A stretch of 64,000 nt of DNA from Candidatus Shapirobacteria bacterium (GTDB lineage: Bacteria > Patescibacteriota > Microgenomatia > UBA12405). Below are positions 9,697-21,906 of this stretch, one piece after another. Numbering within the stretch: the first letter of the stretch is position 1; every line of letters starts with the position of its first letter. The notes below the pieces were generated by a model. That model was not told the DNA's origin. It saw only the letters and a list, made by a program, of their open reading frames with translations, and did no database searches. The stretch covers positions 7,755-71,754 of the forward strand of contig JBAZTV010000001.1 in the NCBI GenBank assembly GCA_041661765.1, in the 5' to 3' direction. Both the position numbers and the translations under genes were made by a program.

Positions 9697-10794
9697 TTAC
9701 CTCAACACACTCAACGGATCCAAATTCCCATTTGGACCTTTAATTTCAAAATGCAAATGAGTTCCAGTTGAACGACCGGTACTTCCCATTGTTCCAATTT
9801 TTTGCCCTTGTCTCACCACTTGTCCAGCTTGAACAATCACTGAGTTAGTCACCATATGAGCATACAAAGTTGTATATCCATTTCCATGATTAATCACTAC
9901 AAAATTACCATAACCACCACCATTCCATCCAGCACTCGTCACTGTTCCACCTTGTGCCGCCACAATCGCTGGATTACTATGATTAGCAATATCCACAGCT
10001 CGGTGATACCAATAATATTTTTGACTGATTGTTCCCGAAGTTGGCCACATAAAATTACCTTCGCCTTTAACACCTGCCACTGGTGCCACCGTTCTAGCCG
10101 CATATCTTGTCTTATCCAAAACAGTCTCTTGTGGTTTTATTCCATCTGGAACAATCAATTCTTGTCCAGCACTCAACGCAAAAGTTTCATCATTACTAAA
10201 AGTATTAAAAGGATAATCAATAATATTTTGAGCATCCACCTGATACGCCTTAGCAATACTATAAATAGTTTCTCCTCTTTTTACTTTATATCGAACCCCC
10301 GTCACCGGTAATATTCTTAAAATCTGCCCCACCTTAATCGCACCAACCGTTTTCAAGCTATTTTCCCACATAATTGTATCAATCGTCACCCCAAATTTTT
10401 GAGCAATCGATGATACTGTATCTCCATCCACCACCCGATATTCCGTAGTTTCTCCTTTTGGTAATCCCGAAACTAAAGTATCTGCACCACTATTATCTGC
10501 TGCCATAATCAAATAAGTACTTCCCTCTCCTTGATTACCACTACTATTAATTAAAGCTTCCAATTGACTCGAAAAAACTATAGTTAAGAAAGCCAAAATT
10601 GCCATACTCGCCCCAATAAAAGTCTGAGAAAATCTACCTCTCTGTCGATACATCATTTTCGAAGTCAATACTTTTAAAAAAAAGGTCCAACCCAAAAAAG
10701 TTTTTCCAAATCCATTCAAAAATCTCCCCTGCGCCTTAAGGAATTCACTCCACAATCTTACTTCACTATTAATATTTTCTTTAAAATCCGACAT
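9697..10794 (-). CDS. LysM-domain M23-family metallopeptidase (cell-wall endopeptidase)
   Basis: N-terminal TM helix; two LysM-like segments (DGDTVSSIAQKFGV, RGETIYSIAKAYQV); C-terminal M23 motifs (HRAVDIA, GYGNFVVINHGNGYTTLYAHM, GSTGRSTGTHLHFEI). Confidence 0.75.
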   Translation of the reverse strand: MSDFKENINSEVRLWSEFLKAQGRFLNGFGKTFLGWTFFLKVLTSKMMYRQRGRFSQTFIGASMAILAFLTIVFSSQLEALINSSGNQGEGSTYLIMAADNSGADTLVSGLPKGETTEYRVVDGDTVSSIAQKFGVTIDTIMWENSLKTVGAIKVGQILRILPVTGVRYKVKRGETIYSIAKAYQVDAQNIIDYPFNTFSNDETFALSAGQELIVPDGIKPQETVLDKTRYAARTVAPVAGVKGEGNFMWPTSGTISQKYYWYHRAVDIANHSNPAIVAAQGGTVTSAGWNGGGYGNFVVINHGNGYTTLYAHMVTNSVIVQAGQVVRQGQKIGTMGSTGRSTGTHLHFEIKGPNGNLDPLSVLR

Positions 10795-10844
10795 GACTTT
10801 TATATTATACCAATTAAATTAAAAACCCACCCCATTCTTACCAA

Positions 10845-10875
10845 TTGTAGGGGTCAGGCATGCCTGACCCCTAAC
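10845..10875. repeat. GTAG-led perfect palindrome (TTGTAGGGGTCAGGCATGCCTGACCCCTAAC)
   Basis: 12-bp perfect stem. Adjacent to a second unit at 10889..10918. Confidence 0.75.
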
Positions 10876-10888
10876 TAAAAAATTAACC

Positions 10889-10918
10889 ATGTAGAGACGC
10901 CACGCATGGCGTCTCTAC
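10889..10918. repeat. GTAG-led perfect palindrome (ATGTAGAGACGCCACGCATGGCGTCTCTAC), family 4
   Basis: Near-identical copies at 16001..16030 (GTAGAGATGCCATGCGTGGCGTCTCTAC) and 16199..16228 (GTAGAGACGTTGCGCGCAACGTCTCTAC). Confidence 0.75.
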
Positions 10919-10981
10919 TAAAACAAAACAAATTAAATTCCCCTCCTTTAAGTCAAAGGAGGGGTTAGGGGTGGATTTTGT

Positions 10982-12412
10982 TTACTTTTTCCCAATCTTA
11001 TCCAAAAACTCCTGATTATTTTTAGTCTTAGCCATTTGGCCCAAAATCATCTCAGTAGTTTCTTCCGCCTTGCCTAAAGCATCAAACATTCTTCTAATTG
11101 AAATAATTTTAGCCATTACAGTTGGTTCTAAAAGTAAATTTTCCATTCTAGTTCCCGATCTCAAAATATCAAAAGCTGGAAAAATTCTTCTTTCAGCCAA
11201 ATTTCTTTCCAATCTCAATTCCATATTTCCAGTTCCCTTAAATTCTTCAAAAATCAAATCATCCATTTTTGAACCAGTATCCACCAAAGCTGTTCCAATA
11301 ATCGTCAACGAACCACCACCTTCAATTTTACGAGCGGCTCCAAAAAATCTTTTTGAAGGATACAAAGCAGCAGGGTCAAAACCACCCGACAATGTTCTCC
11401 CAGAAGTTGGAATTGCTAAATTGTAAGCTCGAGCCAGTCTGGTAATTGAGTCAAAAACAATAAACACATCTTTACCCATTTCTACCAATCTTTTAGCTCT
11501 TTCCATGGCAATTTCTGCCGATCGAGTTTGTTCTTCTGGTTTTTGATCAAAAGAAGACGCAATCACTTCACCTTTAATAAATCTTTGCATATCAGTCACT
11601 TCTTCTGGTCTTTCACCCACCAACACCGCCATCAAATGCACTTCTGGATAATTAATCGCAATACCTGCCGCAATTTCTTTCAATAAAGTAGTTTTACCAG
11701 CTTTAGGGGGTGACACCACCATACCTCTTTGACCAAATCCAATTGGTGAAAATAAATCAATAATTCTTGTCGAAGCTATATCAGCAGCAGTTTCCAGCTT
11801 TACCTGTTTTTGTGGATAAATTGGCACTAAATCTTTAAAATCTGGCCTATTTTGAACTTGTGATAATTCCAAATCATTAACTTTATCAATTCTCGTCATT
11901 GCCCAATATTTTTCATTTTCTTTAGGAGCCTTAGCTTGACCCAAAATCATATCCCCCACTCTTAATCCATACCGTCTAATTTGCATTGATCCAATAAAAG
12001 CATCTCTAACTGTTGGAATAAATTTAGGACGAACAAACCCCTGCCCATCTTGCATAATTTCCAAAGCCCCTAAAATAGACTCCGTTTGAACTGGAGCTGG
12101 TGGGTTATATTGAGCCTGTGGTCTTGGAGGTTGAATTGGTGCTTTTTGACCTGGTTGTACGTAAATAGTTTTTGGTTGTTCAGTTTTTACAAAAACCACT
12201 GCATTGTTATCTTTTGGTTTTTCTTCAGTTTTAACAGCCTCCCTGCTTGCCCGCCCACTGGCTGGGTCAAGGGAGGTGTTTCCGATTTCATCGGAAAGGG
12301 AGGGTTTAACCTCAGAGGGATTTTGAACAACAGGTTCTGCAACAGCAGAAACGGGTGGGTTTTTAACAACTGGATCCGCAACAACGACATCGTCGGTTTT
12401 TTTCTTTATCAT
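10982..12412 (-). CDS. rho: Transcription termination factor Rho with an extended N-terminal region that carries an in-frame nested palindromic-repeat insert
   Basis: Walker A and the Rho core (GQRGMVVSPPKAGKTTLLKEIA...VGERPEEVTDMQR...DSITRLARAYN) align residue by residue with bacterial Rho. The N-terminal segment SLSDEIGNTSLDPASGRASREAV is encoded by the composite repeat at about 12225..12330. Confidence 0.85.
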   Translation of the reverse strand: MIKKKTDDVVVADPVVKNPPVSAVAEPVVQNPSEVKPSLSDEIGNTSLDPASGRASREAVKTEEKPKDNNAVVFVKTEQPKTIYVQPGQKAPIQPPRPQAQYNPPAPVQTESILGALEIMQDGQGFVRPKFIPTVRDAFIGSMQIRRYGLRVGDMILGQAKAPKENEKYWAMTRIDKVNDLELSQVQNRPDFKDLVPIYPQKQVKLETAADIASTRIIDLFSPIGFGQRGMVVSPPKAGKTTLLKEIAAGIAINYPEVHLMAVLVGERPEEVTDMQRFIKGEVIASSFDQKPEEQTRSAEIAMERAKRLVEMGKDVFIVFDSITRLARAYNLAIPTSGRTLSGGFDPAALYPSKRFFGAARKIEGGGSLTIIGTALVDTGSKMDDLIFEEFKGTGNMELRLERNLAERRIFPAFDILRSGTRMENLLLEPTVMAKIISIRRMFDALGKAEETTEMILGQMAKTKNNQEFLDKIGKK

Positions 12413-13383
12413 TTTTTTTGGAAATTTTTAATCAATAATAATTACTTACGTAGGAACAGACCCTCGTGTCTGTTCAAATTAACAAAAAAACAAGGCAAAA
12501 ACGGGAAATTTCTTTATATTCAAACTAATTCTATCTATTAATAGCCTCTCTGTCAAGGGGTTCCCCCTCCTTTCGTCAAAGGAGGGGTTAGGGGTGGATT
12601 TAAAAATAGAGTTGAAAGTAGAAGACCTGCCCCCTCTTCTACTCTCAACTCTATTCTCAAAGCTAAATTAATTTAATTTAACCAACAGATCGGTTAATCT
12701 TAATTTGACTTTTCTACCAAATTTACCTATCTTAGATATTGAAGAAACAATGTTATTCGTGTTCCACCTGCTTTGAGAACATCGGTAGCTTTGTTTCTTT
12801 TTCGTTTCTTTAGCTAAAAATTCAAGTCATAGACGATGAATTTTTGTCTAAAGACACGATACCGGCGAAGCCGGTATATAACCGATTAAGTGAAATTCGG
12901 GGTATCAGCCCTTTTCTCTTTTCGGGTCTATTTTTAAAGTTACATCAAAATCAGCTTTCCTCTAAGTTTACCCATCTCTTTAAACTGTTTCTCCGCCCAA
13001 GTATCTTTTTTCTTGCCGGATTTTTTTGCGTTTTTAGAAGAAAACATTTTTTTAATTAATTGAAGCATTAAATTAGTATAACTCCCTTTTTGCCCTTGTC
13101 TATATCCTATATTAATTTGCCTCCCCAAAATCAACAATCCTATAATTTTTTATTTATAAAAAATAGGTTTATTTTTACCACTTTTAAACCATTTTCAGTC
13201 ATTGTGGATAACCTGAGGATAATTAAAATAAGGACTTCTCCCTTGCTTGTCCGTCCGTAGCTTTAGCGAAGGAGGATTAAGGAGAACTGCCCGCAGGGCT
13301 AAGTGGCTTTAAAACCAAAAAAAAAGGGAAAACACAATATCTAAAAAATTAGACATTATATTTCCCCTTAAGACAGACATACT

Positions 13384-13740
13384 TTAACACATTCCATCAG
13401 TCAGATAGAATTCCAAATAATCCTTTATCTCATCAACTCTCTTCCCGGTAAATACACTAATTGTATGAAAAACCTCTATTTGCTCCACCTTTAAGTATTT
13501 CCATTTTACTTCTTCTTTTCCCCACAACTTAAAACTAATTCTCGACCAAAACGTAATTTCTTTAACTTGCCACAACCCGGTTCTTAGAGAAAAACACAAA
13601 AACTGACTTACAATTTTATTACCATTTCTATTATTGATTACTTCCAATTCTAATCCGTTCATAACTGAGCTCCTAATCACCTCTGCCAATTCCATCATTT
13701 CAAAAACCTCCCTCACTTTCTTAAATAATTTCGATATCAA
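13384..13740 (-). CDS. Hypothetical protein (118 aa)
   Basis: ORF only; no recognisable motifs. Confidence 0.3.
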   Translation of the reverse strand: MISKLFKKVREVFEMMELAEVIRSSVMNGLELEVINNRNGNKIVSQFLCFSLRTGLWQVKEITFWSRISFKLWGKEEVKWKYLKVEQIEVFHTISVFTGKRVDEIKDYLEFYLTDGMC

Positions 13741-13928
13741 TAAAGTTAGTTATTAAAGTACTACTGGCCAATTATATCATCACATTTTTTTATTATGCCA
13801 ACATTATTATAAATAATAAAATATTTTAAAATGAAAAAGGCCCCGATCGAAAATTAAAAATTGATAACACATACGCGTCACCCATTTTTAATCACCTCTC
13901 AGAGCCCCTTAAACTAAAAGATAAATTA

Positions 13929-14348
13929 TTATTTTACCGAATGGCGATGTCCTCTATAAAAATCACTGCGTTTAAGTGGAATTTTTTTTATAACAAGTAT
14001 TATTCTTGTTATTTCATTTTCTTCTTGTATTTCTTCAAAAGAAACCTCCTTGAAAGAAAGAATCTCTGGATGAAATCCAATCTCATCATCTGTTTCTAAT
14101 ATTAATAAAACCAAAGATGATGAATTTTTCCCAAAATGTTCCATAAAATTAATAACATCAAAAAACTTACCCTCACAGACTATTATGCTTGTATTTTCAG
14201 AATCGACCACCATTTTATCAATAGTTTTTAAAATTGATTCTCCTTGGTAAAACACCACCTCTGGTCCATACACCTTCCAAATTATTTCCTTTAACTCTGG
14301 ATTTCTTTTCAAAACTCCATTAGAAACAACCACACTTTTTTTCTTCAT
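13929..14348 (-). CDS. Hypothetical protein (139 aa)
   Basis: ORF only; no recognisable motifs. Confidence 0.3.
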   Translation of the reverse strand: MKKKSVVVSNGVLKRNPELKEIIWKVYGPEVVFYQGESILKTIDKMVVDSENTSIIVCEGKFFDVINFMEHFGKNSSSLVLLILETDDEIGFHPEILSFKEVSFEEIQEENEITRIILVIKKIPLKRSDFYRGHRHSVK

Positions 14349-14545
14349 TACAAATTCCCCTTTTCTTATTTTTTATTCTGCATAAGCAGTAATCTAGACA
14401 CCTAGTGTCCACAGTACCACCTACAAGAATATTTAAATTTATCTCTTAATTTTCAAAGTACTTTAAATAACCACTACTATTCATGCTTTTTATAAATAGT
14501 GTAATCATTTAATTCTCAGCATTATATATTATAAGATACAAAAAG

Positions 14546-15928
14546 TCAAGTTTTTAACTCCTTCACATTCTTTATCTCCACCAATTTCCTCCCCAAACTT
14601 TTCGCTTCCTTCTTTCTTTTCTCCAAATTCCTCACCTTTCTCACTTCTCCCAACAAACTCACCTCACCCACATAAACAGGAAGATTTCTCTCCTTGTTAA
14701 GGAGAGATTTAGAGGGGTTTGAACCAAGGGGCAGATTTCGATACGAACTCCACATTGCCGCCAACACCGCCAAGTCCGCCGCCGTCTCATCAATTTTCAC
14801 TCCACCCGTCACCGACAAAAACACATCATATTTATACAAAGGTATCCCTAAACTTTTTTGAGCAATCGCCACCATTAATTGTCCCCGATTATAATCAATC
14901 CCCGAAAAAATTCTTTTCGGCATCGGCGCAAAACTTTCCACTACCAAAGCTTGAATTTCCAACATCATCGGTCTAGTTCCCTCCATCACAACAGTAACAG
15001 CACTCCCAATTTTACTTTCCTTACTCTCGATTAAATTAATTTCTTCCGATTTAATTTCTCGAAGTCCTTTTTCCTCCATTTTAAAAACCCCCACCTCATC
15101 CGTCGGACCAAACCGATTTTTACTAGTTCGAAGAATTCTTAAGTCCCCATTTTTTTCTCCCTCAAAATACAAAACCGTATCTACCATGTGTTCCAACAGT
15201 TTTGGTCCAGCAATATCCCCATCCTTCGTCACATGTCCCACAATAAAAATTGCCATCCCTTTTTTCTTTGCCATTTGTATTAATCTAAAAGTTGATTCCT
15301 TAATCTGACTTACAGATCCGGCTCCCCCAGATATCAGCGATCCGGAGCCATTGGCGTAGGACGCCATCACCTGAATCGAGTCTACCACCGCTATTTTGTA
15401 CAACTTTTGTGTTCGATCCAAAAACTCCTCCAATTCATCAATCGAATTTGTGCCTAAAACATCGAAGTTATTCGCATTTAAACCTAACCTTTTTACCCTC
15501 AACCCAATTTGCTCCGCCGATTCCTCCCCAGCCACATATAATCCACCTATCTTTCCAATTAATTGAGTCAATAAAGTACTCTTACCAATCCCTGGTTCTC
15601 CAGAAAAAAGTACCGCCGACCCTTGAACAATTCCTTTACCCAAAACTCTATCAAATTCGGAAATACCCGTAGAAAACACACATGAATTTGTAGGAACAGA
15701 CCCTCGTGTCTGTTCCTTGTTTTTATCAAAATCCCCTAAATTAACAATTTCTAATTTCTCTCCTCCAATTTTTATTTTATTTTTTATTTTTCCATTTCCT
15801 AAAAATTTATTTGAAACTTCTTTCAATGAATTCCACTCCCCACAACCACCACACTGCCCCGCCCATTTTCCAAATTCATTTCCACAATTACTACATACAA
15901 AAACCGTCTCTTTATTTTTCATTACCAA
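14546..15928 (-). CDS. radA: DNA repair protein RadA/Sms carrying two in-frame palindromic-repeat inserts
   Basis: N-terminal C4 zinc ribbon (CSNCGNEFGKWAGQCGGCGEW); RecA-like ATPase (GEPGIGKSTLLTQL) with KNRFGPT; C-terminal Lon-like domain. The insert NKEQTRGSVPTNSCV is encoded by the GTAGGAACAGACCCTCGTGTCTGTTC hairpin at 15688..15714, and NPSKSLLNKERNLP by the repeat at about 14685..14720. Confidence 0.85.
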   Translation of the reverse strand: MVMKNKETVFVCSNCGNEFGKWAGQCGGCGEWNSLKEVSNKFLGNGKIKNKIKIGGEKLEIVNLGDFDKNKEQTRGSVPTNSCVFSTGISEFDRVLGKGIVQGSAVLFSGEPGIGKSTLLTQLIGKIGGLYVAGEESAEQIGLRVKRLGLNANNFDVLGTNSIDELEEFLDRTQKLYKIAVVDSIQVMASYANGSGSLISGGAGSVSQIKESTFRLIQMAKKKGMAIFIVGHVTKDGDIAGPKLLEHMVDTVLYFEGEKNGDLRILRTSKNRFGPTDEVGVFKMEEKGLREIKSEEINLIESKESKIGSAVTVVMEGTRPMMLEIQALVVESFAPMPKRIFSGIDYNRGQLMVAIAQKSLGIPLYKYDVFLSVTGGVKIDETAADLAVLAAMWSSYRNLPLGSNPSKSLLNKERNLPVYVGEVSLLGEVRKVRNLEKRKKEAKSLGRKLVEIKNVKELKT

Positions 15929-16000
15929 TTATAACAATACTGCTCTGTACGGGCGAGGCGTGACTCGCCCTTAATAATTAATATTTATATATTTTATTAT

Positions 16001-16030
16001 TGTAGAGATGCCATGCGTGGCGTCTCTACA
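16001..16030. repeat. Family-4 GTAGAGA-palindrome copy
   Basis: Direct reading. Confidence 0.75.
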
Positions 16031-16164
16031 AATTTTAAAAATATTTCATCCTTTTTTAAGGGAGGATGTCAAAAAGACAGGAGGGTTTAAAAATAAATTT
16101 AAAAGATAAATTAATCAGAAAAAAATAAAAATTAATTTCTAGGGCCTCTCACGAAGTCACCACT

Positions 16165-16192
16165 AAAAATCCCCGATTTCTCGGGGATTTTT
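16165..16192 (-). terminator. Intrinsic terminator-like hairpin downstream of the S1 gene (AAAAATCCCCGA-TTTC-TCGGGGATTTTT, symmetric)
   Basis: Perfect 9-bp stem flanked by A/T runs immediately 3' of the CDS stop at 16241. Confidence 0.55.
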
Positions 16193-16198
16193 ATAATC

Positions 16199-16228
16199 AT
16201 GTAGAGACGTTGCGCGCAACGTCTCTAC
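16199..16228. repeat. Family-4 GTAGAGA-palindrome copy immediately 3' of the rpsA stop
   Basis: Direct reading. Confidence 0.75.
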
Positions 16229-16240
16229 TAAAACCACAAT

Positions 16241-17416
16241 TTACTTATAAATCACATTCTTCTTACTAGTCTCCACAATTCCCAAAGAGATTTTTCTCTT
16301 TTGGACATCAATACTTTCAATATAAACTTGAACTGTCTCACCTTCTTTTACTGTCACCCCACCAGTCAATTTAGAAATATGGATTAACCCTTCAACTCCA
16401 GTTTCCAATTTCACCAAAGCTCCAAAATTAGCAATTCGAACCACTTCACCTTCAACTTCTTTATCTTTTGGATATTTTTCTTCAATTATTGACCATGGAT
16501 CATCAGACAATCTCTTAATTGAAAATTGTAATCTACTATCATCCTTATTAATCAATTTAATTTTAACTTTATCTTTAGCTCTATACATTTGAGAAAGGTC
16601 ACTCACCTTTTCCCAAGAAATTTCCGAAATATGAACCAATCCTTCCAAATTTAAAGGTGCACCCTTATTATCAGTATTAACTCGAACAAAAATACCAAAT
16701 GGCTCAACTCTAACAATATCAGCATCAAAAACATCACCAACTGCTAAATTCTCAATTGCCCCAACCTCTTCACCCACTTTTTCCGGTTCAGACACTAATC
16801 TCTCCGAAAAAACCAATCTGTTTTTAGCTTGATCAACTTCCAAAACTTTAGTTTTGATTTTCTTACCCATCATTTTATCTGGATCACCATCATATTTACT
16901 TCCAATTTGAGAACCAGGAATAAATCCAAAAAAACCAAATGGTGCAACCACAACCGTTCCACCTCTATTTAATTCCTTAGCAAAGACAGTCACCTCACCA
17001 CCACTCTTTTCCTTTTCTTTAAAGTAGTTCCAACCATAGCCACTAGCTGCTCCACGAATTGAAGCCAAAATTTGGCCCTTATCATTTTCTGGTGATTTAA
17101 TTTGAACTTCAATTTCATCATTTACCTTCAAATCAGCCACATAATCTTTTACAAATTCAAACTCCTTTCCAGCTACCATTGCGTCGGTTTTACCACCAAC
17201 ATCAATATAAATTGCTTTATTCTTAATTGCTGTAATTCTCCCTTTAACTTCCTGTCCTTTTTTAAGTCCAACTAATTGAACTCCTTCCATCTTTAAAAGA
17301 TCCGCCATTGTTAAAGCAGCATCACTTTTTTTTACTTTTTTGTCCTTATTTTTCATATTTTTATCTTTTTTTTGTTTAGTCGACCGTAGCCTTGGCGAAG
17401 GTGACCCATAAAACAA
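16241..17416 (-). CDS. rpsA: Ribosomal protein S1-like protein with four S1 domains; the real start is probably internal (about 17356, MKNKDKK), since the first 20 codons are read from a repeat
   Basis: Four OB/S1-type repeats (GQEVKGRITAIKNKAIYIDVGG, GEVTVFAKELNRGGTVV, GDVFDADIVRVEPFGIFVRV, GEVVRIANFGALVKLETGVEGLIHIS). The N-terminal GSPSPRLRSTKQ is encoded by the GTCGACCGTAGCCTTGGCGAAGGTGACC hairpin. Confidence 0.7.
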   Translation of the reverse strand: MFYGSPSPRLRSTKQKKDKNMKNKDKKVKKSDAALTMADLLKMEGVQLVGLKKGQEVKGRITAIKNKAIYIDVGGKTDAMVAGKEFEFVKDYVADLKVNDEIEVQIKSPENDKGQILASIRGAASGYGWNYFKEKEKSGGEVTVFAKELNRGGTVVVAPFGFFGFIPGSQIGSKYDGDPDKMMGKKIKTKVLEVDQAKNRLVFSERLVSEPEKVGEEVGAIENLAVGDVFDADIVRVEPFGIFVRVNTDNKGAPLNLEGLVHISEISWEKVSDLSQMYRAKDKVKIKLINKDDSRLQFSIKRLSDDPWSIIEEKYPKDKEVEGEVVRIANFGALVKLETGVEGLIHISKLTGGVTVKEGETVQVYIESIDVQKRKISLGIVETSKKNVIYK

Positions 17417-17439
17417 AAAATCCCGATTTATTCGGGATT
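17415..17439 (-). terminator. Intrinsic terminator for the 23S-5S transcript (minus strand: CAATCCCGAATAAATCGGGATTTTTT)
   Basis: Hairpin with a 7-bp stem followed by a T6 run when read on the minus strand, about 135 nt 3' of the 5S gene. Confidence 0.55.
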
Positions 17440-17574
17440 GTAGGGGTACTCTTCCGTAGTTTTAGCGCAGGAGAGCCCAAATAAATTAATAATAAAACAC
17501 TTAAATTTATTGAATCGAATTCTTTTTAAGTCCCTCTTGTCAAAGAGGGATTTAGGGAGATTGTATTTAGTTTC

Positions 17575-17698
17575 TGAATTCTGGCCACGACCTATCTTCA
17601 AGATCCCTTGCGGGAAGACTATTGTCAGCGCTAAAGCGTTTCACTTCTCTGTTCGAAATGGGAAGAGGTGGTTCCACCTCGCTCCAATGACCAGAGTT
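17575..17698 (-). rRNA. rrf: 5S ribosomal RNA
   Basis: The reverse complement reads ...CCACCTCTTCCCATTTCGAACAGAGAAGTGAAACGCTTTAGCGCTGACAATAGT..., which matches the conserved 5S loop B/C region (CCCACCTGACCCCATGCCGAACTCAGAAGTGAAACGCCGTAGCGCCGATGGTAGT). The ends are approximate. Confidence 0.7.
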
Positions 17699-17799
17699 CA
17701 AAAACTAAACTAATCGAAATGTATTGTAATTTAATTAAAATTCTTTTTTCTTGGCCTCTAAATTGAGTTGCCCTATTCAGCTTCCAAACCCAAATTTTG

Positions 17800-20795
<2,996 letters not shown>

Positions 20796-20946
20796 CAATA
20801 TTTGGCAACTCAATTTAGTTGCCAAGAATAAACGAAATTGAAATTAAATTACTTTCGATTCAATAAATTGTTAATGTACAAATACTTAGTTAAAGGAGAT
20901 AAATTTCTTTGTCTCCTTATTTCTAACCATTTATTTAGTGGATTTA

Positions 20947-20972
20947 TCCACCGTAGCTTTAGCGTAGGTGGA
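20947..20972. repeat. Family-2 hairpin (TCCACC-GTAGCTTTAGCGTAG-GTGGA) abutting or overlapping the 3' end of tRNA-Ala
   Basis: Shares the CGTAGCTTTAGCG(A/T)AGG core with copies at 13258, 17385, 17449, 49065 and 49655, and with in-CDS copies at 4560 and 6427. Confidence 0.6.
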
Positions 20973-21042
20973 CCTGGGGAGAGTCGAACTCCCGACCTCC
21001 TCATTGCAAATGAGGCGCTATAACCAACTAAGCCACAGGCCC
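20969..21042 (-). tRNA. tRNA-Ala (anticodon TGC); CC of the CCA end is encoded
   Basis: Cloverleaf: acceptor GGGCCTG/CAGGTCC with the Ala-identity G3:U70 pair, D-arm GCTTAGTTGGTTATAGC, anticodon loop CATTTGCAATG, T-arm GGGAGTTCGACTCTCCC. Confidence 0.85.
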
Positions 21043-21080
21043 AAGTGCTTTCTTCTTTAAAGTACTGCTTTCAAGCATTA

Positions 21081-21108
21081 AAAAACCGAAAGCTAAATGC
21101 TTTCGGTC
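21081..21108 (-). terminator. Intrinsic terminator downstream of the DedA gene (minus strand: ACCGAAAGCATTTAGCTTTCGGTTTTTT)
   Basis: An 8-bp stem with a T6 run when read on the minus strand, 160 nt 3' of the CDS stop. Confidence 0.55.
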
Positions 21109-21267
21109 AATCTCCTATTTTACAATTTACTTTTCTAAGCGGGCAATCCCCCTTTATTAAAGTTTTTATTATTTTTTAGGTTGACTTTTAGCATCTCGAT
21201 AAGTGGAAGTATTCTACCTAATTTAAATATTCCCGTCAACACGCAAATCTATTTTCAATAGAACCAA

Positions 21268-21903
21268 TTATTTCTTCATTTTTACTTTAATTATTTCCAC
21301 TCCAATCGGTATCACTGAGACAAATATTATCGCCAATACCACATATTCAAAATTTGCTTTCATTACCGGAATATTTCCCAAAAAATACCCTCCAAAAATA
21401 AACAAAGTATTCCACAATAAAGATCCGATCACACTAAAAGTTAAAAATTTTAAATAAGGCATCTTCCCAATTCCTGCCACAAACGGAGCAAAAGTTCTCA
21501 CTATTGGTACAAACCTTGCCAAAATCACTGCCTTTGTCCCATATTTAGCATAAAAATCCTGTGTCTTCTCTAAATGTTTTCTTTTAAGAAATTTATTATT
21601 TGATTCAAATAGTTTTTGACCAACCAATCGTCCCACCCAATAGTTAACATTATCTCCAAGAAAAACTGCTGTTATTAACAATAAATAAAGTCCCACCACA
21701 TTAAACATTCCTTGTGCCGCCAAAGCTCCAGCTGCAAATAAAAGTGAATCACCTGGCAAAAACGGAGTGAACACCAATCCTGTCTCCATAAAAAGTATTC
21801 CCGCCAAAATTCCATAACTCAAAGTACCGTATGTTTGGGTAATAATTAAAAGATGTTCATCAATATGTAAAACAAAATCAATTATATTCATTAAAAATTC
21901 CAT
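21268..21903 (-). CDS. DedA/VTT-family membrane protein
   Basis: 211 aa with 4-5 TM helices. The motif FTPFLPGDSLLFAAGALAAQG is typical of the DedA/SNARE-associated (VTT) family. Confidence 0.7.
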   Translation of the reverse strand: MEFLMNIIDFVLHIDEHLLIITQTYGTLSYGILAGILFMETGLVFTPFLPGDSLLFAAGALAAQGMFNVVGLYLLLITAVFLGDNVNYWVGRLVGQKLFESNNKFLKRKHLEKTQDFYAKYGTKAVILARFVPIVRTFAPFVAGIGKMPYLKFLTFSVIGSLLWNTLFIFGGYFLGNIPVMKANFEYVVLAIIFVSVIPIGVEIIKVKMKK

Positions 21904-21906
21904 GTC

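Noticed and set aside
12844-13137. ORFs 12844..13059 and 12940..13137 in the rho-upstream gap
   Set aside because: Short, overlapping on opposite strands, with low-complexity K/F-rich translations and no start context.
13203-13211. Isolated perfect DnaA box TGTGGATAA upstream of rho
   Set aside because: A single box in AT-rich DNA, far from dnaA. The clustered boxes flanking dnaA are the credible origin.
21043-21267. A 16S rRNA gene expected upstream of tRNA-Ala
   Set aside because: Only 225 bp of AT-rich spacer, then the DedA gene. No 16S-like sequence occurs anywhere in the window.
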